Below, piece by piece: positions 24,501 through 39,266 of a stretch of DNA of 64,000 nucleotides. Below the pieces are notes generated by a model. The model searched no databases. It saw only the letters and a program-made list of their open reading frames with translations, and was not told the DNA's origin. Within the stretch, counting starts at the first letter, position 1; each line of letters opens with the position of its first letter. Source of the stretch: Enoplolaimus lenunculus (Eukaryota); NCBI GenBank assembly GCA_030248215.1, contig JASANG010000627.1, positions 186,001 to 250,000 of the forward strand, read 5' to 3'. Position numbers and translations under genes: made by a program.

Positions 24501-26722
24501 ATTCCGAATTGGGCTAGCCAAGCGCGGAATTAAGACTTGGGCTAGCCAACGGTGTAATTCTTTCTGTGCTACAAGTGCACGAATTATGATCGGTTACTAC
24601 CTTAATGATATGCTCAAACACGATTAGCTGATGAACATAAAGCCCTATTCACACGTCCAAGTTTTTGCAGCAAACTTGCCGTGCAACTTGCACATGCAAG
24701 TTTGGTCACAAAGCAGCTTTGAAGTTCTAGTAGCTGCAAATTATTCACTGAATTCGTGTTATTTAATTTAATTCGAACCTGTGAACGCAGTTGCAAGCCG
24801 CTTGAATTTCTTGCAATTGTAATTTGATTGGTCAATCGGAATGTTCGTTTGAAAATACTTGCAGCTGCAAGCATTTCGCGCAAGTTGCAGCTGCGAGTTC
24901 TCGCTGCAAAAACTTTCACGTGTGAATGGAGCTTAATCTTTGCTGATTAACTGAGTAATCGCCAACTGTTCAATGCCAAACTGTTTGTTTTACTAAGCTG
25001 TAACCAATCAGAAAACGCACGGCTTTTTCAGAGATGATTCCGCCTTGGTCTAACCCAAGTCGTAATTCCGTTTCGGACTAGCCCAATTTGGAACTGGGCT
25101 GAATTAGAACTTGGGCTACAACATATATATTTATGGCATTACGATAATTCATCGTCCAACAACTCATTGTCCGACAATTCGTTGTCAGACATTTCGTCGA
25201 TGCCGACAACTCGTTGTCGTTGCCCGACATGTCATCGACCGAGAACGCGTCCGGCATTTCGTTGGCCCCGACAACTCGTCGACTCGACCACTCGTAAACC
25301 CAAGTATTACGTACCTGTAGCCAAAGAGGGGCCGTGGGCCTGAGCCTTCGGACAAAAGTTTGGCCCTCCCTAGAAAAATATCAACCTCGTTTTTACGTCG
25401 TCGGAAACCCTTGTATGTCCCTCCTAAAAATTTTTAGCCCCCCCTTAGTAAGGTGAGCGGGGATCTAGGGATCGGATCTACCCACCAGACGGGTCGACGG
25501 GATGTCGGGGTCGACGAGTTGTCGAGTGGACGAGTTGTCGTAGTCGACGAGATGTCATTCGACGGAACATCTGTCGTCGAGCTGTCAGGCGACGATTTGT
25601 CATGTATATACAATATGCCATAAGGGTTGCTTTATAAAACTTTGATGATGTTTGGCGCCGTGCTTGCCATCTAGCGCCGGATAAATTTCCTAGGCCAGTG
25701 TTAGTCAAGATCCGTTGACGCTCAACTATGCCTGAGCCGTGTTCTGTTAAAATTTGGTGTGCGGTGCCATCTGGCATTGTCCGTAAATTGCCGTACAACG
25801 CCATATGCCACTGCATACCAAATTGTATACTTAAAAAATTGTCCGGTGCCGGAGGACAAGTATGCTACAAACTTTATTCCAGGAGGTGTTTCGGGTAATC
25901 GTCAAACATTACTCCCATTATCACGATCGTCAACATTTGTTCGAGGTACAGCCCCAAGAGGTCCGCCTTTGCCAACTGCAAACCGAAACGGAGATAATGC
26001 TAGTAGAAATCATGGCGGTTCCGGTAGTGGCCGAAATTTAGGCACCAGCTCGAATGGAGCGAATTTTATTGGCTCAACAAACGGCCGTTATTTCGGAACC
26101 AATGGCAGGAATCCAAATGGTGGTAATACTGGCGGCGCTAGAGGAGACTTAGCGGTAGTAGGCAGTGGACGGCGGCCGGATAGCAGTATTATTTCAAATA
26201 ATGGTATGTTTTTGTAATTTTGTTGTTGTTGTTGTTGTTGTTATTGTTATTGTTGTAGTTGTAAATGTTGTTGCTACAGCTGTCTCCAGTATCTTTTTAA
26301 CAAAAACAACCAATATTTTAAACCGTTTGAAATATAAAGCGAATATTAATTTATGGCGGCGTAGCCAGGATTTGATTAAAGTTATTCCAATGCTGGCTGC
26401 TAAAACGTGAGTTTTATTGTCTCTCCAGAAAAATTTCACGGTGATAAGTACACCCCTTATTTCGCGCTTGTAAACGCCACCGGTTATGGCCAAAAACTAT
26501 ACTGTTTCAGCACGCCTGAGTCAAATTGGCGAATGCGAGAGTGGGGTAGATTTTTATCCCGAGATATGTAAACATCGTCGAGCGATGGACCCAGCGTCGT
26601 GTTCAGAATCAAAACCGTTGTCTGTGTACTGTCTTGCGTCATGCTGTCCGGTGATACGATTTGTAGAACGACAAATCGCTCAGGGTCTTGAACCGAACCC
26701 GTTGTTGTTTGTCAACAGCTGA
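12517..26722 (+). CDS. Secreted Reeler-domain protein with Gly/Arg/Pro/Ser-rich RGD stalk and C-terminal ShKT-like domain; exons 12517-12524, 13522-13742, 14430-14531, 16934-17087, 17706-17779, 19215-19319, 20299-20367, 21571-21651, 22110-22199, 22678-22764, 24361-24447, 25883-26203, 26511-26722
   Basis: Manual GT-AG assembly stays in frame without stops. Signal peptide MNWFILLPYCLLSVLQLVNA; Reeler-like FPQGA..PLHG..PQ..GPYTV..KGFLLRA..VGHF..QLVDC..VTQ..KYKAP..RMTAVE; then phase-1 low-complexity exons; final exon CESGVDFYPEIC..ASC..YCLASCC. Confidence 0.75.
12656..13152 (+). mobile_element. TTAGGC-carrying MITE, copy 3 (interrupted by a nested element)
   Basis: GGCCCATGTAAAGA...CCCTGTTCTTTTCATTGGCC; TSD AAAGTTTC/AAAGTTTA. 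Confidence 0.8.
12806..13105. mobile_element. Nested TIR element inserted in the TTAGGC tract of MITE copy 3
   Basis: TIR AATGCGGGATTCACGTTTAACCGGGGCA / TGCCTCGGTTATAACATGAACCCCGCATT; interior resembles ~3044-3160. Confidence 0.75.
14674..14885. mobile_element. Palindromic MITE family A (GAGTCAAATTGACTC), copy 1
   Basis: TA-CACTGCAAAAAA...TTTTTTGGCAGTG; homologous to 36605-36802. Confidence 0.8.
15080..16963. repeat. Tandem array of 13 units (one diverged 144-bp unit plus 12 apparently identical 145-bp units) at the Reeler intron 3/exon 4 junction
   Basis: TTTCAG|ATGTCCTCGGG recurs with the ATG at 15194 + 145n up to 16934; the last copy runs into unique exon sequence. Confidence 0.97.
20525..20830. 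repeat. Degenerate ~16-bp minisatellite (CGACAATTGCCCAAA-like), probably a MITE arm
   Basis: Repeated CGACAATTG/CGATTG units; inverted partner units (GTTTGGGCAA) near 21400-21460. Confidence 0.7.
22241..22454 (+). mobile_element. TTAGGC-carrying MITE, copy 4 (best preserved)
   Basis: TIR GGCCCATGTATAGAACAGGG / CCCTGTTCTATACATGGGCC with perfect 8-bp TSD GGTTTAAA. Confidence 0.92.
22605..25478. repeat. Intragenic tandem duplication (~1.7-kb period) carrying an 87-nt RGD exon plus nested MITEs
   Basis: ~22605-23780 aligns colinearly with ~24285-25478. The alignment includes exons 22678-22764 and 24361-24447, an outer GTCGTAGCCC..GGGCTACGAC element and an inner GCCCTATTCAC..GTGAATGGAGC element. 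Confidence 0.9.
25621..25876 (+). mobile_element. GC-rich dispersed element whose terminus matches part of the 145-bp array unit
   Basis: Begins AGGGTTGCTTTATA, ends CCGGTGCCGGAGGACAAGTATGCTACAAACTTTA (array unit: CGGCGCCGGACGACAAGTATAGCGCAACCCTA); reverse copy starts near 32660. Confidence 0.55.
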
Positions 26723-27242
26723 TGCAACCAGTGCGAAATTCAGGGAATTTGTATTGAAACGAAAGGAACACAGTTTGTCTCTTCGTTGTCAATATTTGTA
26801 GGAACGTACCGGTTAAAATCCTAAACTTAAATTATAGCTTAACTAAACTTGAATGTGAGTTTAAAAGTAAAACTGAAATTTCAAATAAGTTTGAGCGGAT
26901 TTACCTACCAGTTAGTTTAGTTGATTTAGAAAATAAGTTTAAAACTGCTAGATTGACTTATACGCTTAAATCAAGTCAATTTAACCTGTTATAGAGTATC
27001 ACCAGCGGGCGATAGGCCATGAACTTTTTTGATTCTGTAAAATGAAATGTAAATCCTGAGGTAACAAAAAGCTTTTTGTAACAAATTTATTTATGTGGTA
27101 AAAATTTTCAAACTCATTAAAATTATATTAATAAAATTTAGTATATATTGTCATTCATTAACACTATAATTCATGTGGCACATGTTACTCTGAAATACAG
27201 AGAGGCTGCGGTTACAGACTTGGAAGCTCAGGATTAGTATTA

Positions 27243-27603
27243 CACTGTAAATTTCAGTGAGTTGATTTTAACTCAGAATGAGTTTAGTCACTCAGTCTGA
27301 GTGAAGGATTATCAGAACTCAAAATTTTGAGTGTGATTCAGTTCATTCTGAGTTAATTAACCAACTCACCCAGAGTCAACTCAACTCAGAGTGAGAATCC
27401 ACTCAGAGTAAATTAATGTTTACTGATAGTAATTCAGAAATAACCAACTAGCCAGCTGTGAATTGATTAATCAACTCATTGGAATTTTAATTAACTCAGA
27501 ATGAGAATCCACTCAGAGTAAATTAATGTTTACTGATAGTAATTCAGAAATAACCAACTAGCCAGCTGTGAGTTGATTAATCAACTCATTGGAATTTACA
27601 GCG
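27243..27603 (+). mobile_element. CACTG-ended MITE family B, copy 2 (internal ~110-bp duplication)
   Basis: TA|CACTGTAAATTTCA...TGGAATTTACAGCG|TA; TA flanks suggest Tc1/mariner-type mobilisation. Confidence 0.8.
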
Positions 27604-28117
27604 TAGGATTCCGATTATGCTTATAATTAGGCGTGCGCGTGCGCTCTGACTAAGGTTCAGGTTCATGTTTAGGTTAGTGGTCAGCCCCCTACAATTAGAA
27701 AAATCTAGTGATGTTAATTGTTGGCCTGATTGCTATATATAACTCACATAGGTCTTTGATACTATGATGAAACCAACAAATTCAGTACTGTATTGGTGTA
27801 TACGGCGCAGCGCAAATTACTACGCCATGTATTTTGCTGCGCATAGTGAGTAGATCAGTAATTAACAACACATGACAAGCATACGGTACACACGCAAAAG
27901 TGTCAGATGTTTACAAAAGATCATCTGATTACTAGCTAGCCACAAACCTGTAGGACTGAGTTCGGCGAAGAATCTGGTTACCGGTTCTGTAGATTCATTT
28001 TTGCATGAATTTAATCACAAGTTTAGTTCAAAATTTTATCCCAGTTGGCAACTGGGACTATCCAAACGACAACTGCTGTTCGGGGCACTAAACTGGAATG
28101 TAGAATAATTTTGATTC

Positions 28118-28366
28118 GTTGTCCAGGTTTGACTATATTCGGGAAAGTGGACTTGCACAGTAATTATTTGACTTCACCAAATTTGCAAACTAAAAGTTAA
28201 ACAAGGTTTATGTTCACCAAATTTGCAAACTACAAATTAAACAAGGTTTATATGGGGTAAACGTTGTTCAGGTTTGACTATATTCGAGAAAGTGGACTTG
28301 CACAGTAATTATTTGACTTCACAAAATTTGCAAACTACAAATTAAACAAGGTTTATATGGGGCAAA
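28118..28366. repeat. Tandem duplication (~145-bp period) inside a larger inverted-repeat element
   Basis: CAGGTTTGACTATATTCG.GAAAGTGGACTTGCACAGTAATTATTTGACTTCAC twice; CCCAGTTGGCAA at ~28040 versus TTGCCAACTGGG at ~28695. Confidence 0.7.
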
Positions 28367-30351
28367 GTATTTAGAGGCGCAATTTGATCAGCTAATAAAC
28401 AGAAAAAAGTACCAAAATAATGTATTTATTCTATTGCCTTGCCGCACACGTTGACACTGCTTTGTTTGTTACTATACAAACCTTGATTAACTTATACTTA
28501 GCAAATATGGTGAAGCTAAATAATTATTTCGTAAGACAATTTTCCCGAACATGATTTAGCCTGAAAAACCAATCAGAAACAGTTTGAACTTAAGCACCTG
28601 TTTGGTCTGTACAATCCTCACAGCCAAAACAGTTTGTTTTCCAATTGTTATTTGGGCTGCCCCGAACTACATTTGTCGTTTGGGACGTCCTGATTGCCAA
28701 CTGGGGAAATAGCTGTTTGGGGCAACTACGTATACAGCATTCATTTTAAGATCAAAGTAAGATTCATTAGTAAAAGCATCATTAGTAAAATTAGACTGCG
28801 ATTGAGTCAATAGAAATTGTGTATGCTTCCAATCTTAGCTCAATCGCGGCTACAGTGAACACAAGCAGCAAAAAATGTCTTGTATAACCAATGAAAAAGT
28901 GTTACAAAATCTAATCTAATAAAATCAGCAGCAATGACGCTTGTGTATTAAAACTCGTTTCGAATGAGAGGCGTGAGAAAAATCATTTCTTACACTAAAA
29001 TACGCGACGTTTTATCGTTCTTACCCAAGTTGCAAAGATTAATATATTTTTAACAAACCATTTTCCATTTTTCCTTTTTTCCTACCCTTAGAAAAAAAAC
29101 TAAAAAGCTGAAAAAAGTTTTCCGTTGTTTTTTCTGTTTTAATCCTTGCGATAGGACATGCATTACTTATACGTGTCCTAGCTTATTGCTTAGTGTATAG
29201 CAAACGACAAGATTTTGTTACTCAATTAAGTAATTTATGCTTTAAGTGATAGTATAAGCTCTATTGCTGAACTCCGGATGTTGCTGGTATGTGGTGGTTA
29301 ATATGTAAGTGTACAGGTATACAGCACTAAATAGCAAATTAACCGTTGTAAAATAGCCGACAAATATTAAAAAATTATGCCAAAATGATGTCCAGCTTTC
29401 TGAACCCGGTGCGGATAGCATATAATTTTTATAGAACGCCAAATTTACCGCATTGTACCGCAGCCCGAGTCGGAAATCGATTTTCTGCCGGAGCCAGAAG
29501 CAGGCTTCCGTTTGTACCCTGCGGTGTACAATCAATTATGATTTTCTGTTTCGTGAAATTTTCACTTGTAATTTTTTAAAGTCCCCAACAATTTAAAATT
29601 TCAAAAAATCCAAGTTTAATAATACAAAAAATAATTCTGTTTCCCTATTGTATTAGCCACTCAATTAACAATTAAAATTTCGTTTTCGTTCCTTAGATTT
29701 TTTAGTAAGATCGATTTTTAAGCTTTCTTCAAGTTACAGCAAGGTACCCAGCATATGTGCAGCTACACATAATGCTTTCTACAACATATAACGGACAGTG
29801 CAAGACTTGAAGCTGCAATCTTCGAGTTGTGTTTTGATTCATTGCTATATAGAGGTTTGCACTTGTTACATTGTGCAAAGTGTAGCGTTGTTTTTGTTTG
29901 CGGCTGTTTAATAAGAAAAAGTTTGGCTCAAAACGTTCCCAAAGATCTGTATATACTCACTGATTATAGAGTCGCGTACCAAGCTGATACGAGGGCCTGC
30001 GCCAAACATTTAACTGAAATATGAGAAGAATGCACTTTTGCAGACTTGAGAATAGCACGCTGGATTGTGTAGGATAAGGAATTTTCTGGCTCGCTTGGTT
30101 CCATAGTCGGTCCTAATATTTTTTCATAAAGTTACATCTTGGCCACGCCCCTGAATGATTGTAGTAAAATTATGTGGTTTGGTTAGTTTGGTTTTGTATT
30201 CTTTTAAACTATTTTCTAACCTGAACCCACGTTGTGAATCGTTGAAAGCCAGATGCAAACCGCCAGAGGCGGTAATTGAAACGGAAGTTAGCAATTTATT
30301 ATCTTTTCAGCACTTACCTTTAAGAGACAGATAGGAACAATATAAAAGATT

Positions 30352-30606
30352 CACTGTAAATTCCAGTGAGTTTATTTTAACTCAGAATGAGTTGAATCCT
30401 ATCAGAAGCCTTAGCTCTGAATTTAGGTCTTTCAGAACTCAAAATTCTGAATTGATTCAACTCATTCTGAGTTAATAAATCAGCTCATCCGGAATTATAT
30501 ACATCAGCTCGGATCGAGTTGATGTTTTCTGTTATTAACTCAGAAATAACCAAAAAAGGCTAATTCGCTCTCTGAGTTGATTAATCAAGTCATTGGATTT
30601 ACAGTG
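30352..30606 (+). mobile_element. CACTG-ended MITE family B, copy 3
   Basis: CACTGTAAATTCCAGTGAG...CATTGGATTTACAGTG. Confidence 0.78.
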
Positions 30607-30814
30607 TTTGTGACACTGGCTTATGTATAGATAGATGATGGGCGAACAAATTTTTCATGATACATCTACGGAATAAGCTAACGATACGTTCTTGTTTCAC
30701 AGTATCGAACGTACTCTACGAATATATGAATAAAAGTTAACCTAATTTCAGCTACTGTATTTATTGTTAATTTAAATATTTGTGATGTTCAAATAAACTT
30801 TGCCAATAAGTTTT

Positions 30815-31169
30815 AGTTATGCCGAGCACAAAATCAAAATCTAAGACCAAGCCAAAAGGTAAGTTTATACTACTTATTAGCCAGTGATAAATTTGGACGC
30901 AAGTCAAGCGTAAACACAAATGTTTGTCCCCTCACGAAAAATTTTTAGTCCCCCCCCTTGCAAGGTGCGCTGACTACGGTCCTGATTCAGCAGTTATGCC
31001 GAGCACAAAATCGAAATCTAAGACCAAGCCGAAAGGTAAGTTTATACTACTTTATTAGCCGGTGATAAATTTGGACGCAAGTCAAGCGTAAACGCAAATG
31101 TTTGTCCCCTCATGAAAAATTTTTAGTCCCCCCTAGCAAGGTGCGCTGACTACGGTCCTGATTCAGCAG
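30815..31169. repeat. Two-copy tandem duplication (~177-bp unit)
   Basis: AGTTATGCCGAGCACAAAATC...CTACGGTCCTGATTCAGC twice, near identical. Confidence 0.9.
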
Positions 31170-31683
31170 GGTAGCGGCAAAATTAATGTTCCGATTTCGA
31201 TTTCTGGCAAATTTTATTCTTATGCTGAAATCATGACTTTTTTGGTGTTGTGTAAATATCTCAACATTTTGAGTTGAACAGCGGGTGAACAATACGTAAG
31301 CATAAACTGGTCTGAGTTATTTCAATAAAATGAAGCCTTATCCTGTATCAAAGTCGTGTGCTTGTGGTTAAAGACATTTGCTACGATTTTGACCAAAAAC
31401 TTGAATTCTGACTCTAATCCCGATTTTGATTAAATTTCATTCCGAACGTAACTCTGATACAATCAGTGGAACATAAAACATGGGTGGAAATTTAAATGCA
31501 AATAAATGTGAATATTTTCAAATGACACTTACGACACGTTACGAAAAAATGCACTGTGAATCAAAATCAAAAACTTTTGCCAGAAATCTATTTTCAACCA
31601 TTTCAGCACCACCAGTTGCACACCTGTGGCATTTTGGTCTCGCGAAACAAAATGCTGACAAAGACGCTGTTATCAGTATTAAT

Positions 31684-31860
31684 GGCCAGTGTGCGGAACA
31701 AGGCCATAACTGTAATATAAAGCATACTCGTAAGCCTAAGCCTGAACCCAAGCCTAAAAGTATCCATAAGCCTAAGCCTAAGCAAAGAATTAGTCTAACG
31801 CTTTAAGCTTACTCTATCTCAGTCCCGCTAAATGGATCGCCCACGACCTTCACGCAGGCC
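31684..31860 (-). mobile_element. TTAGGC-carrying MITE, copy 5 (degenerate)
   Basis: GGCCAGTGT...CAGGCC termini with GCCTAA tracts and the family's AAGCTTACTCT motif. Confidence 0.7.
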
Positions 31861-32293
31861 TCAGTAATAAAGATACTGACCGTTTTACGATTTGAAGCTT
31901 CATATAACCACAATATTTCAGTAAAATGTTGATGATATTACAATCACCCAATGTGATGTTTCCGGATACACATTTTTCTACCTTGAATTACAGGAAACGT
32001 AAACAAAACCAATAGTTCCGGAACAAAAGATTAAAATATATTCCAAACTATCTACTTCATACTGAGTTTTAATTGGCCAGCATCCGTTAGTTCTACCATT
32101 TTTGAATATATTTTAATATTGTACTGTTAACATAGCATTGATCTTTGCCTATCCTTTTACAGCAAAATAACAAATTTAAAAAATTTTCATCGAAACCTTT
32201 CCAGACCTAGAATTCTATGTAAAACTTCGCGTGTAAATTCGAAAAACAACTAGCTATTCCCAGTCATATATTTTGTTATCTCCATTATTATAG

Positions 32294-35155
32294 GAAGCAG
32301 TAACACGCCAAACAGCTCTCGAACAAAGGGTCAAACGACCGCACAATCGACTTCAACCAGAGTGTTAGTCTGCCGAGATCCATTAGTAGTTTCACTATTC
32401 GAACCTGCGTTGAGCTCGCATTGCTCGTACTGTTTATTCGAATTCAAGCTGGACAAGTTGAAACGATGCAGTGGATGTCAACATTTATACTATTGTTCGC
32501 GTGAATGTCAAAAAACAGCGTGGAATACAGTTCATCGATGGGAATGTGAGCATATGAAGCATATCGAGTCTGAATGTTTCGGAGAAATTTTAGGCCAACG
32601 ACAAGATACGAGTTATGCGGATCAGGTTTGTTTGACAATTTCTGGCTTGCGCAGGATAGTACTGGCGCTACATATACTTGTCGTCCAGTGCCCGCCATCT
32701 GGCGTCGGTGGCGCCAGAATGCAAGCCAAAAACGTTTTGTTCAGAAAATGTTTTGCGGTACCATGTTGCAATTTACGTGTGTTCTTGTACGGTGCCGGAC
32801 GGCTTTGAAGTGGTCAACATATATAGCGCCGCTCTAAACGTTGCGCCATACCTGCTGTCTGTGCCGGTAATGCCGCACGGCACCGTCCGCTGCCACGCAT
32901 CACCGTGCGTCGCCGTTGGGTGCCGCTCGATAACGCACGGTGCCGTATGTTGCGGATAAAACGTCCGGATTGCGCTTTAGCTCGAAAATTAGAAGACCCA
33001 AAGGTTACTAATGAGAATATTGCTAACTATGATTTAAGAGACAAGTATGATACCATCGCTAAGCCTTTGAACACGAATATATTGGTTTTATGGAACCTGG
33101 AATATATACGGTGTATTAAAAGTCCGTGTTCTCAAATGTGTGTATCGCCTATCTCCAGTTGAGATCTGCAATTGCAGAGGTTTGTAAGTTTGAAAACGTA
33201 TTGCTAACTGAGGATATGTGCTATGTCCATTTGAGAATATGGGTCAAGAAACCAGTACATATTGTAACTATGGAACCGGCCAATGTATAGAACAGGGCCG
33301 GAACAGTAGCATAAGCATATTTCTAAAAAATGTGCCTATTCCAAAGCCTATGCCTAAGTCTAAGCCTAAACAAAAAAGTTTCTAAAGCTTAAACTGACTC
33401 TTTTACAGTCCCGCCACAAAACGATCCGGCCCTGTTCTATACATGGGCCATAAAATCTATCAATAATAGGGAAGTGACCAAAATATAGAATTACAGTCTA
33501 TTTCGAAATCATTTTTAATCAATTATAGATAATGATGTTACGCTTATACCTAATGCACCGCCACGGTACGTTACAATCCAAACGAGGTGTAGTAACCGGC
33601 CGAACATTCGACGACCACATCCTAAGCCACGTTGACGAAATCCTAGCATCAGAACACGGTCTAATGATGTTATACCAAATTCAAAAAGCTAAATCAGTAT
33701 TTTGTCACGCGTATACCCCTTTAGACGACTCGGCGAAAAGCTCTGAAGACAAATTGCTCAAACGATTATACGGCGCAATTCAAATTAACGCCACTACAAT
33801 TTGGCAATACGACCGCACAGGATCACTGGTAGCTGTAGGTCAAACTCTTAGTTTAGATATATCTGCTTATGATCATTCGTGTATTCCGAACGCCGCCTAT
33901 GTAAACCAAGGCCGGGTGACGTATTTGGTTTGTTTTGATACAAATGTGAACGTACACGATATTCAATCTGTTAAAATTAGCTATATCGATGTAAGTTACC
34001 CTCAACCTATTAGGCAAGCTGCTTTAAAGGAACGCTACTACTTTGAATGCGATTGTACTAAGTGCCAAAATCCAGCGAATGACACGATGAATTTGTTACG
34101 ATGCAAATGTTGTGCGGATGGTGTTGTTCAAATTGCGCTTCTACCTGTTGGTATGTGTAGTGGGAGTTGTTTAATAGTTTAGCGACGCGCTAAACGTTAA
34201 TTTGATAGAAGGCAACAGTTTTCTCCGCACCGCTGTTTATCGTTTTCCACGAATAAGCTTAGGATTTAGCTGAAGTTTTATGGTAAATCCGAGCGAGCCT
34301 ACGCTTATATAAGCCTCAACCAATTTTTTAGTCCAGTTCGTATATGTTGGGGAGGTGGAATTTTTATAGGCGGAAAGTAAGAAATTGCCCATTTTCCAAA
34401 TGCACCGTGTGTCCCAAAAGTATAAAAAAAGTGTTTCAAACGCTTTTCTACAACAAATAAATCATAAAATTAGCCCAAGTGATTGTTGAATACTGATGAC
34501 ATCTTAAAACAGTTTTCGTAACTTCTGGGAGAACAAGAACTATTGTTTATTTACATTTTCAGAAAACGAATCCTATCAATGTCAAGCGTGCTCAAAACCA
34601 ATCAGCACCGAGGATTTAGGAAAATGTCGCGATATAATGCACCTGATCGGCCGTGCCATTAACTTCAGTCGTATAGACCGGCTACCGGTTCCACAAACTG
34701 AATTCTACTCAAAAAACGCCCATCTAGCGATCAGCCACGACGACGAGCGGCGTGCGATGGCACAAGCCACTGCCTTAAAAGCGCTCGCAGCTGGCAGCCT
34801 TCCGCCAACAAATACGTTCGTCCACGCATTATATCAACGAATCATATTATTACAACAAACAATCACAGGACCTGAGACTCCAAGTATGGATCAACTGATA
34901 TCGTTTGGTTCTGACCATCTCAAGATTTTAGAATCCTGCTCAGAGGGTAAAGTGCTCACCGAGGAAGAACTATTTTTTGCATTTAGAACCTACCAAGCGT
35001 TAATTTCTGGCGATAAATCGGTGTCAGAATTGCGGCCCGCTTTGGCAAGCATTCAGCGCCGGGTTAAAGCGTTATACACCGATTTAGGTCGCCCGGTACC
35101 CGAACATTTTCAAAAGCCAATACAGTTATACCAGCGGTTTTGTAAGAAAGTTTGA
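32294..35155 (+). CDS. SMYD-family (SET and MYND domain) lysine methyltransferase-like protein; exons 32294-32625, 33529-34150, 34563-35155; first exon not found
   Basis: MYND finger CSYC..CSGC..YYCSRECQKTAWNTVHRWEC; SET motifs IQINA, YDHSCIPNA, ISYID; post-SET RQAALKERYYFECDCTKC; helical C-terminal domain; GT-AG joins in frame. Confidence 0.88.
33278..33449 (-). mobile_element. TTAGGC-carrying MITE, copy 6 (SMYD intron)
   Basis: GGCCAATGTATAGAACAGGGCCGGA / TCCGGCCCTGTTCTATACATGGGCC. Confidence 0.88.
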
Positions 35156-35461
35156 AATATTGTCAAAAATATATATATTATATTTCTACGGTATACGGAG
35201 TTAATAATTTCAAATGTGCATAGTTATCACCATAACCGATGTTAATTATAGTTCACTGGAAGGCAACGAGACTGGGTGACACTGCCAGGGCTTAGGCTTA
35301 GGTTGAGGCTTATGGCTTACGCTTAAGCCTAGGTTTTCGTTTTAGGTTATAGCTTTAGTGAGGACAATCCTATAACTAACATAGGGCCAGTGTTATTGCC
35401 GTTATGTTTTTGCAATGTTTACTGATACTACGCATTTGAGGGTTAGCCAAATCAGACGCGT

Positions 35462-35614
35462 GGCCAATGTTATTTAAGGAAGGGGCGTAACAGTAGATTT
35501 AGCGTATTCCTAAGCCTAAGCCTAAGCCTAAGCAAAAAATATAATCCAGAATCAAAACTTACTCTTTTATAGAACCACCCAGAAACCTGGACGCCCCTTA
35601 AAGTAACACGGGCC
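35462..35614 (-). mobile_element. TTAGGC-carrying MITE, copy 7 (diverged subfamily)
   Basis: GGCCAATGTTA...TAACACGGGCC with (CCTAAG)4 interior. Confidence 0.7.
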
Positions 35615-36604
35615 ATACATGGCTTTAAAAATGTTGTTGACCTGGCGTCTTGGTTACAATTGTTTGTTCTCAAAGGTAATAGATTGTGAACACACGGGAT
35701 TGTAGATTTTTTTATTCAAAAAACCTCATTTTTAAATTAAATTTGATTGAAACTGGTCATTAAAAACCTATACGGATGAATTTACCAGTGCCGTAAATAA
35801 AGTTTATTATAAACTTTGCAGTTCACTGTCAAATAACATCCTCGACTGTTTTATACACAATGATTTAAGAGATTAAAATATAAAAATATAGAATTTTAAT
35901 TCAGACAGTGATGTTTACGTCAAAAAGTGCTCATTTTCGACGCAATGCCTTTACGATACAACAGAAATGGGTTATTACTTCCCCTACACATAAAGTTTCA
36001 TTCCCACGCACGTAAGGAACCTGAGCCGGAGCCTAAACGTAAAGCTTAATGCCTAAGTTTAAGCCTGATAGGCCTAAGCCTAAGCCTAAGCCGGAGGCCT
36101 ATTAAGGATAAGCCATAGCATGTGATGATGACGTTGTGGGAGGAACTCTTGCCTTCTACTGAATAAGCAAATGCGTCTGGGAAAAATAGACAAGTACACA
36201 GAAATGTTTAATTCACATCTATGCTAGAACTTTGCAGGGTTCTACGTAACTTAATGTACAGTAGAACTAAACCTATCGGGATTGAAAATGTAAAAAATGC
36301 AGGACCTGTGAAAATAATAACTAGAATCGGGTATGAAATATAAACTTTTATTTCCAAATACAGTTTTAAATTTAATTTTATTGCAGTATATATACTATAC
36401 TAAAACCAAATTATTAGAACAGAATAAATTTTGGCTATGCTTCGTATAATTTTTAATGTGGCCAACATTTTTGAGCGCTTGAAACGCAGCGAAACGAGCT
36501 AAAAACTTTAAATTTCCTATATTCCATGCAATATTTATTAATACAATTTGTCCTTATATATTATTATATACTACCAATTATATAGGTATTTAGCAGCGAA
36601 GCTA

Positions 36605-36802
36605 CACTGTAAAAAATGGGGAGTCAAATTGACTCTCTCGGAAACAGGCTTTTCCTGACTACATATACTGAGTCAAATTTGACTCCGCAAGAGTCAACGG
36701 TGAATCGAATTTAACTCTGGCGGAGTCAAATTTGACTCAGTTTGTGTAGTCAGGAAAAGCCTGTTTCCGAGAGAGTCAATTTGACTCCCCATTTTTACAG
36801 TG
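36605..36802. mobile_element. Near-perfect palindromic MITE family A, copy 2
   Basis: TA|CACTGTAAAAA..GGGGAGTCAAATTGACTCTCTCGGAAACAGGC...reverse complement...TTTTTACAGTG|TA; ~80-bp arms; partial copy at ~37996-38131. Confidence 0.92.
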
Positions 36803-36914
36803 TAGTTAGACTTCGTTTCGCTGGTCAGCAAATGCCAAGTTATGCTATTATAAACGAACCGAGACACTCGCGTTACATGTACCGCCATATTCATTTATAT
36901 TGCAAATCATAACT

Positions 36915-39266
<2,352 letters not shown>

